A stretch of 63,880 nucleotides of DNA, filler included, from Conidiobolus incongruus B7586 (lineage: Eukaryota): the NCBI GenBank assembly GCA_000697335.1. It is 19 parts of 19 records of this genome, joined end to end, with 100 filler letters (N's around TTAATTAATTAA, not from the genome) between each part and the next. Parts side by side here need not be neighbours in the genome. Positions count along the whole stretch, not along the records: positions 54,959 to 56,415 come from JNEM01003764.1; positions 56,516 to 59,329 come from JNEM01003766.1; positions 59,430 to 61,407 come from JNEM01003767.1; positions 61,508 to 62,567 come from JNEM01003768.1; positions 62,668 to 63,880 come from JNEM01003770.1; 14 more parts are not named here. One strand, given 5' to 3'. The translations under genes were made by a program, and so were the position numbers. Each line of letters starts with the position of its first letter. Position 1 is the stretch's first letter. The notes under the pieces were generated by a model. It was given only the letters and a program-made list of their open reading frames with translations. It was not told the DNA's origin and searched no databases. Below are positions 55,301 to 63,880 of the stretch, one piece after another.

Positions 55301-56970
55301 TTTAATAAAAAGTTTTCAATTAAAATTACACATCAAAACACCATAAAATTAAATTGGAGAATATAGAAATTGGTTTATTTTATTAATAACCGTAAAAAGT
55401 TTGTATTTTATAAATTTATATACTCCAATAATAAAATATTATATTAAATATCAGAATAGGCAAAATAAATCAATTAAAATATATATTTTTTATAATATTA
55501 TTATAATTGAGTAATTTTTTTTTAATTTTGTAGTATTGTTATATATATAGTATATTTAATCTTGGAGTAATTAATAAATAATATTTATTATAGTATAATC
55601 TAAAAGAATTCTATATATTTATAGTTATATATAGTTATTAATATCTATTATTATATATATATATATATAATTAAACATTAGATAGTCTAATTTAATATAA
55701 ATTATAATTATTATTCATATATTGAATATATTAAGTTATGTTTGTAATTTTTCAAATTAGCCAGCTATTTTGAGTATATATGATATATGAAGTTTATTTT
55801 TCTTTAATAAATTGATAATTTAAAATATTAAATTTAATAATAAAATAATTTCTATAATCTTAATAGATATTATTTAAAATATAATCTTGAATAAAAGATA
55901 GAGTGATAATATAATAAGATTAATCTATAATAAATAAAAACTATAATTGATAATATATATTTTAATCAATAGTCTTTTTATCTATAATTGGATTATCTGA
56001 TCAAAAAATACAATTTTAAATATAAAACCAAACTTATAACAATGGTGGATTTATTAGTAATATCAATTAATTTATACTTAAATAATGACTTTTAATATCA
56101 AAACTAATATTTTTGAATATTATAGAATAAAATCAATGATTTAAATAATTATATAATTTTATTAACTATCGGGTAATTATAATATCTATTGAAAAATCAA
56201 ACTATGAAATTCATTTAATCCTAAATAACGCAATATTTCAATAAATATAATATTAATCTATATATATAGTTTCGATTTAATAAAAATAATAATAAAAAGA
56301 TATAACAAGCTATTTTTTTTATCAAATATAATAATATTAAATAAATAAAATAAGTTATAAAATTTACAGAAATATTTGATAAAATTCAAAATTAATTGAA
56401 AAAACTAATAAAATANNNNNNNNNNNNNNNNNNNNNNNNNNNNNNNNNNNNNNNNNNNNTTAATTAATTAANNNNNNNNNNNNNNNNNNNNNNNNNNNNN
56501 NNNNNNNNNNNNNNNATATAAAAAAAATATATATTATAGATAATATATTAGTTATTTTTTAATTAATATTATTTTTAAACTTATATTTTTCTATAATTAA
56601 GTTCTATATATTAAATTTAAAAAATTATTAGCCATTATTACAACCAGTTTAAAATAAAAATATAAAACTCTAATTATCCTTATATTTTCTTTTAGAAATA
56701 AATAATAATTAATATTGATCAGAACTTTGTATATATTATTTTTATGAAATTCCAATTTTTTATTTTTTATATAAATATTAAATCGTAAATTAGAAACAGA
56801 AGTATATCATTTGAATATATTGTTCTTTATTTGGGCTTATTATTATATTATACCAAATATGGAATATATAAAGATATTTCAAAGTAATCTAAGAAATTTG
56901 ATTATTTTGTGTGTATATCTTATAAATTGGAATGATCTATTTTGAAATTTAATATTTTGATTATTTTTTC

Positions 56971-57015
<45 letters not shown>

Positions 57016-57433
57016 TGATTGATTTCAGATGAATTTTTGATAATTTTCAAATCTCTAAAATAATATAAATTATTGTAATATAAAGAATGCTCAAGTATTA
57101 ATTCTAATTAATAGCCATATACAAATATTACTTGAAAATCATTTGATCTAAATTTTTATCTATTATTTTTTTATAATATTGTTTTTCCATTTTGAGTGAA
57201 ATAGATAACTATTAGTATATAATATAATAAAGATATTTGGTAAATATATTATATCTATAAAAAGAGATAATAATTGATTAATAAGTAGAAAATTAAAATC
57301 CCGGATTATCAATTATAAACAAGTATTTTCACTACAGAATCTACAGAAATTGATAGAATTTATTGAATTTTATGACATAATATATATAGTTAATTTAATA
57401 TAATATTTTATCAAACTATATCAAGTTAACAAT

Positions 57434-57494
57434 ATAATTGATAATTTATTTTATAATTTTATAATTGATAATTTATTTTATAATTTTATAATTG
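57434..57494. repeat. 27-bp tandem duplication (~2.3 copies)
   Basis: The unit ataattgataatttattttataatttt is repeated exactly. Confidence 0.85.
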
Positions 57495-59429
57495 GGATAT
57501 ATTTTTTAATATTTTGCTAAATTAAATATTAAGTAATAATAATTTGAAATAATACCTTGTCCTATTTAGAAAAAATGAAACATAAATATAAATTTAATAC
57601 ATTTTAATATATAATTAGCTTTTATTATTTTTAAAATATTAATAATTAAAATATATTTCATATAATAATTATATTTTGTTATGGAAATAATATTTTGCAA
57701 CCATATGAACTATAACTAGATAATATAGTTACAAAGAATTATTTTAACTTTAAATAAAGATTTAAAATTATAACAATACAAAAATAAACGAGATAGTCAA
57801 AATTATAATTTTGATTTTTATAAATATATTTTTGTATAATAGTTTTAATATAATATTTTCAGAAATTAAATAATTTTGAAATTTTATTAGTAATATTTTA
57901 TGGTTCATAAATATCAAAAATTACTTATTTAATTATTGAATTATTTAAAATATATAATATTAATCAATTTTTGATTTTCTCATTACTGTCAATATATATT
58001 ATATTTCTTAAACAATATATATTATTTATACAATACTATAAGTTTAAAGTGAATTTGAAAGTTTATTTAATATCATTTATTCTTTAAAAAGTATATCCAA
58101 TAAATATAATAATTACTTAAGATTTTTTAAATCAAAATTATAAAGATATTTTTTACCAATATATAATTCATCAATTCCATTTTTAATATCTATTAAAAAG
58201 TAACAAATTATATAAATTTTCTTTCAAGTGAGAAGTTAAAGAATATTATCATTATTTAATTCTGGATAATATATTCAATTTGAAAATTATAATTTTATAG
58301 GTATTTTTATTGTAAAAATAACTGATTTTAATTATATATTTTTTAAAAAAATTATTAACGGCTAACCAAAGTAATATATTGCAACTATATTTAATAAATA
58401 AGTGTAATTTAAAATTGATGAAATTAAATAAATATTTGACTAATATTCTTTTCATAATTCTCAAATTGAATATTATAAATTAAGTCATTTAATATAGAGT
58501 TATTTATTAAATCAAAATTTATAATTTAACCTTTAATTTGTTGAATTAAATATTAAATTCAACCAAACCTTCAGTACTTATATATATTTTTCGTTTTTAT
58601 ATTTCGTATGAAATAAATAAAATATTACTAAAAAGTAAAAAGTTCAATAAAATTAAGAATATGGATATTCATTATTTAAATTATACATTTAATTTAACAG
58701 ATATTATATTATTTATTAAGTATTAGATAAAATATCAATGCATTCTTTATTCAAAATAAAAAATTATTAAGAATATATTAGCCCATAAAATTGAGTAATA
58801 AATTAAAATTATTGATGTTTTTATTAATAATTTGATTAATTATAATTTAAATCAAAAAATATTAAACTATATTACAGATATATGTTTTTTAATAATAATT
58901 GAATTTATTTGATTAAATTTAATTAATTATAAGTTATTATATTAAAATTTTAATTTTATCTTAAATAAGTTATAATTTACAAATTATAATTAAGTTAAAA
59001 AAATTAAAATTTAGTTTATCTAATATTTATATATTAAAAATTTTTAAGTTTATAATAGATAAAGTTAATTAATTATCTATATTTAATATAATTAATCTTA
59101 TTTCCAATTTTTTAAATAATTTTTCAAGGTTTATTTAAATATTTTATTAATATAAAAGTTTTGAATATTTTTTAATAAATTGAAAGATATCTAATTAAGT
59201 TATAATTTAAAGATTATATAGGTTATTTTATATAAATTATTTAATAATACAAGTTATAATAAAACAAAATAATTAGTTTTATAAAATAATAAAATGTAAT
59301 TTATTTAACTTATATTATTTAATAGTTTANNNNNNNNNNNNNNNNNNNNNNNNNNNNNNNNNNNNNNNNNNNNTTAATTAATTAANNNNNNNNNNNNNNN
59401 NNNNNNNNNNNNNNNNNNNNNNNNNNNNN

Positions 59430-61320
59430 ATTTATAAGGATATATATATATGTTTATTATTCATCTATTAGTACTTTATCTGTTGATTTCAATAAAGTTA
59501 TAACTAATAACCACTTTTTATATAATATAATAAGTTAATTTGCTAATATTTTTGAATTTATAAGTAGATTATTTTTTAAATATAATATTAAATATAAATT
59601 AAATTTCTTTTAGGTATACAACTATATTTAAAGTTTATTTATCATTTATCTCTTTAATAATATTAAACTTTAAACAAAGAAATTTAAAAATTATATGAAA
59701 ATAAGTATATTAAATTTTTTTCTTTACTATATAAATTTTTATCTTCTTTATACAAAAAGTTAATGGTAGTTAAATACTATATATTAATAATTATATTTTA
59801 AACTTTAAAATTATTAAGGATAAAACTTTATTATTATACATATATAATATTAAAGATAAACTACTTAAATCTACTATATTTATTAAATTTAATATTAGAA
59901 ATAATTATTATAACATTAAAGTTAAAGAAAATTCTATTCCTTTAACTATTTTTAATACTATATTAAACTACTATATATTTATTATTATAAACTTTAAATT
60001 ATATAAGGTTCTTATAACTTTTACTTAATTTATCATTTTTTAACCTTGTTTTTAATAACTTTATTATTATTTACTTTGATAATATTTTAATCTATTCAAA
60101 AACTAAAGAAAAATATATCTAACATGTAAATTAAATTTTATAAATTATTCAAAAATATAAATTACCTTTAGAGTTATTAAAATATATTTTTAATATTATT
60201 TTTATTTTTTTTTCTATATCCTTATTGTTTTTTCTTAAAGAATTAATATTAATCTAACTAAACTTAATAGTGTAAAAGCTTTAATTATATTTATAAACAA
60301 GGGTTAACTTATATTTATACTTAAATTATTAAATTACTTTAAAAATTTCATTGATTTTTTTATTGAACTTATAACTCTTCTAACTAATCTCTTAAAAAAA
60401 CTTTCTTTTTAAATAAACCTTATTATAAATTTTTAATATAAATGTTTTAATTTTTTATATTACTAATATTTTTATTTTATTTATTTTTAATTTAAAACTA
60501 CCTACTATTATTTTTATTAATTTTAATTTTTTTGTAATTAGTAGATAGTTAACTTAATTTAAATTTGATTTATATTTTATCATTTAATTATAAAATAAAA
60601 TAAAAAATAAAAGAGAATAAGTTAAGTTTAATTTTACAAACATTACTTTAAGGTTTATAATATTCTAATTAAGAAAAATAAAGCTGGCTTAATTAAAATA
60701 CCTAGTTTATAAATAAAAACTTTTTACTTTAATAGAAATAATCAAAAATTATTCATATTTCTTATTTTATAATTTTTTCTTAATATTTACAAATTACAAA
60801 TTACTTATCTATTTAAATACTCAAAGTATTTATAAGAAAATAAATTAGATATATTAAAATTATCTAAACATACTTTTTCTTTATCTAATATCTTTTAGGT
60901 TAATAAAATTATATTATAGATACTTTGTTAAAAAATCTTATAAACTTACCTTATTATTCTAATTACAAAAACCTAATAGATATTAAAACAATAATTATTA
61001 ATAAAGGAAATAAAAAAAACATTAAATTACTTTAAGAAACAATATTAGATATTAATTTTTTTATTTTAATTAAAGTAAAACTCTTTAAACTATTAGAAAA
61101 CTAATTAAAATATATTAAAAGATTTAAAATCATTGATAAGTTACTATATTATAATAATTATTTATATGTCTTTAATATTCTTAAAACATAATAAGTAATA
61201 TTAAATAAATATTATAACTTACCTATTAGAGAATATTAAAACTAGTTAAAAATTGCTAAAAGAATTAAAATAAAATATTACTAACTTTTTTTAATTAAAT
61301 TTGTTAAGACACTAGTTTTT
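59430..61320 (+). mobile_element. Ty3/gypsy pol (RT-RNase H-integrase zinc finger), hypermutated
   Basis: IFFIQKVNGS*ILYIN..LN..IIKDKTLLL, KFNIRNNYYNI, NFKLYKVLITF (NFGLCNAPATF) and YFDNILIYSKT (60072-, YFDD). RNase H: F*LRKIKLA*LKYLVYK*KLF and FTNYKLLIYL. Integrase: YYNLPIREY...KYY*L. The RT-RH-IN order is that of gypsy. Confidence 0.9.
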
Positions 61321-61589
61321 TAAATTTTTATATATATTTTCATATAATCTAATTAACTATAAATTATATAATTAATTTATACTTATATAGTTAAATTAAT
61401 TGTATAANNNNNNNNNNNNNNNNNNNNNNNNNNNNNNNNNNNNNNNNNNNNTTAATTAATTAANNNNNNNNNNNNNNNNNNNNNNNNNNNNNNNNNNNNN
61501 NNNNNNNAATTATTATTATAAATTTTAAATTGTAATAATAGATATAAGTCATATTTATAATTTTAATCTATATTTAATAATGATATTTT

Positions 61590-62567
61590 TTTTGAAATTT
61601 AAAATACATAAAGATTTCAATATATATTATATAAAAAAAATAAATATTATAAATTAGATAGTTATATTTATTATTAATAACTTTTTTTTTTAGTAAATTC
61701 CTATTAAATAAAAATATCTTTATTTATGAACTAAAGTTTGATATATTATAAACCAATTAAATATTTATATAAAAATCTTTTTTCTTATTTTTTAGTTTTG
61801 AATTCTTTAAACTAAATATTATCATATATATTTTAATTTAAGGAAAATATTAGATAAGGTAGTTTTTTTTAGTTTTTTTAATCAGAAAATTTATTATAGA
61901 TTTAAATTTATATGTTTTTAAATATTATGCAAAAAAATAAGTTTGTTAAATTATATTGAGAATATTAATTTAAAATAGTTTTATTTAAAATTAATATAAA
62001 ATTTACTTTTAATTACTTTCTTTCAAATATTTAATAAATATAATATATAATATTATAATTTATTTCAATAATTAATATTTATTTATTAATTAAATATTTA
62101 AACGAAATAATATTTAATAAGGCTTAATATAGCTTAATCTATCATTCTGACTTATATTTAGGTAAAAAATTATACAAAAGGATTTAAGTTTTATCCATTA
62201 TATTTATTTATTACAGAAGCTTAGATTTCTAGTAATATTTTATTAAAATTCATTTAACAATAGTTTTTTAGCTTTTTTTGAAATTTATTTAATCTATAAG
62301 GTTAATATTTTATATTTTTATTGATTATTTTCATTTAAACTTAAATATATAGAAATTATTGATAAGATTAATATTAAAATATATAGATATTTTGCTAGCT
62401 AAAATAAAAGGTGTTTGTTAATATAACTTTTCACTATATTAATAATTAAATAAAATAATATAAATTAATTATTTGAATTTTAATAAGTTTTAAATAAGTT
62501 CTCTTTTAGCTTAAAATAAATTTACCTATCAATAAACTATTTATTTAGATAATATTTCATTTTTAAA
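61590..62567 (-). mobile_element. Divergent mariner copy, cut by gap
   Basis: Colinear with 5608-6627 and 7334-8340. Confidence 0.7.
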
Positions 62568-62667
62568 NNNNNNNNNNNNNNNNNNNNNNNNNNNNNNNNN
62601 NNNNNNNNNNNTTAATTAATTAANNNNNNNNNNNNNNNNNNNNNNNNNNNNNNNNNNNNNNNNNNNN

Positions 62668-63880
62668 TGATATTTAGTTATTAATTAACTAAAATATAAA
62701 CCTTTAAATTTTACCTAGGGTGAGTTATAAATTTGTAGGTTTTTAGTGATAAAAAAAATTAAAATTTAGTGTATCTACCTTTAACTTTTCTAACTTCTTT
62801 AAGTTTGTAGGGTATAGAATTAACTAACTTCTTATACTAAAAAGGGTTAATTTTATTCTATACTTCTTAAACATATTTTTAAAGTTAATTTAAATTTTTA
62901 ATTAAGAGGAAAGCATTAATAACTTTTTTTAATTAATCCTAAAGGTGTTTAATTAGATTAAAGTTAAGAAATTAAAGAAGTTACTTCATAACTATTATCT
63001 TATTATTTTTAAGCTATTTGGTAGTAAAAGTTATAATATAATAAAAGGTATTATCTTACTAGAAAATAATATTAGATTTATTTAACTTATATTATTCAAT
63101 GGTTTTTTTTAATTCATTGTTTAAAATACTTTAGTATATTTTAGTATTAATTTCCCTATTAACTTTATAAAGATACTTTACACTTAAAAACAATATATAT
63201 CCTTAAATAATAATTAACCTACTACTGTACTTTTAGGTAAAATTAACTTAATAGTTACAAAGTAATTTTATATTTTTTCTGAAGTATTTAGCTTTTTTAT
63301 TAAATCTACTAAAGTATATTTTTGTTTTATTAAATTAAATAACCTTACTCTAATTAGTTTTAGTTTAATATTAATAACAATATTTAAACTCCCACCTAAC
63401 TTTATAATAGGATTTTTTTAATTAGGGGTGTTTTTTCTTAAGTTGTAAGTGGTATCTATGTTAATATAAAACATATATAATAATATCAGTGTTAATTAAT
63501 ATTCTTGTATAATCTTATAATTCTTGTTATATTTCTATAATAATATTATATTTGTTTGTATTAACCAACTTATAAATATACTTCTCATCATATTTATTTA
63601 TAATCTTAATACACTTAAGTTTAAGTTTAAATGTTTTTTATTGTTATTTTTAATAGCTTTAACTATAGTAAAATAACTAACACTAGTAATTCTAACAATA
63701 TTACAAGTTAATTTATTTTTTTTATAAAGTTAATTAATATACAAATAGATTTTTTTAAAGAAGGATTTAGGTATAATAATACTAATAAAAAAATTTAATA
63801 TATCTATAAAATATAATATAAAATAATAACAAAGAGAGAAAAAAGATATAGTTATATATTGTTAAATATATCCTTTTATC
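62668..63880 (-). mobile_element. Tc1 (DD34E) copy, ends cut by gap and window edge
   Basis: The minus strand reads IIF**DNTFYY...K*LKNNKIIVMK*LL*FLNFNLIKHL*D*LK. There are exactly 34 codons between the D of FQQDN and the mutated E (AAA from GAA) of NPIE. Confidence 0.9.

Overview
Extremely AT-rich eukaryotic scaffold, almost certainly fungal. The short 45-62 nt GT-AG introns and the intronless class-A-like GPCRs suggest an early-diverging entomophthoralean fungus such as Conidiobolus; that assignment is inference. Eighteen 100-nt assembly gaps (44 N + TTAATTAATTAA + 44 N) break the window. Six intact genes sit in small GC-richer islands: a 2-exon uncharacterised class I SAM-methyltransferase-like protein, two intronless 7TM rhodopsin-like GPCRs, a 7-exon S-formylglutathione hydrolase (esterase D), an 84-aa secreted Tyr/Gly/Pro-rich protein and a 7-exon Trm9-type tRNA methyltransferase. 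Two decayed tandem paralogues of the first GPCR lie next to it. Much of the apparently featureless AT sequence is a graveyard of transposons that the ORF track misses. It holds about 10 copies or fragments of a DD34D mariner, 5 of a DD34E Tc1 with long IR/DR-type ends, and Ty3/gypsy gag-protease, pol and solo-LTR pieces, several nested in one another. These copies largely keep their reading frames but are riddled with C->T/G->A transitions (W->stop, Q->stop, D->N, P->L, G->S/N), different in each copy, while neighbouring single-copy genes keep their CpG/CpA. This repeat-restricted, RIP-like hypermutation in what appears to be a non-Dikarya fungus is the most interesting signal here. All translations and alignments were done by eye.
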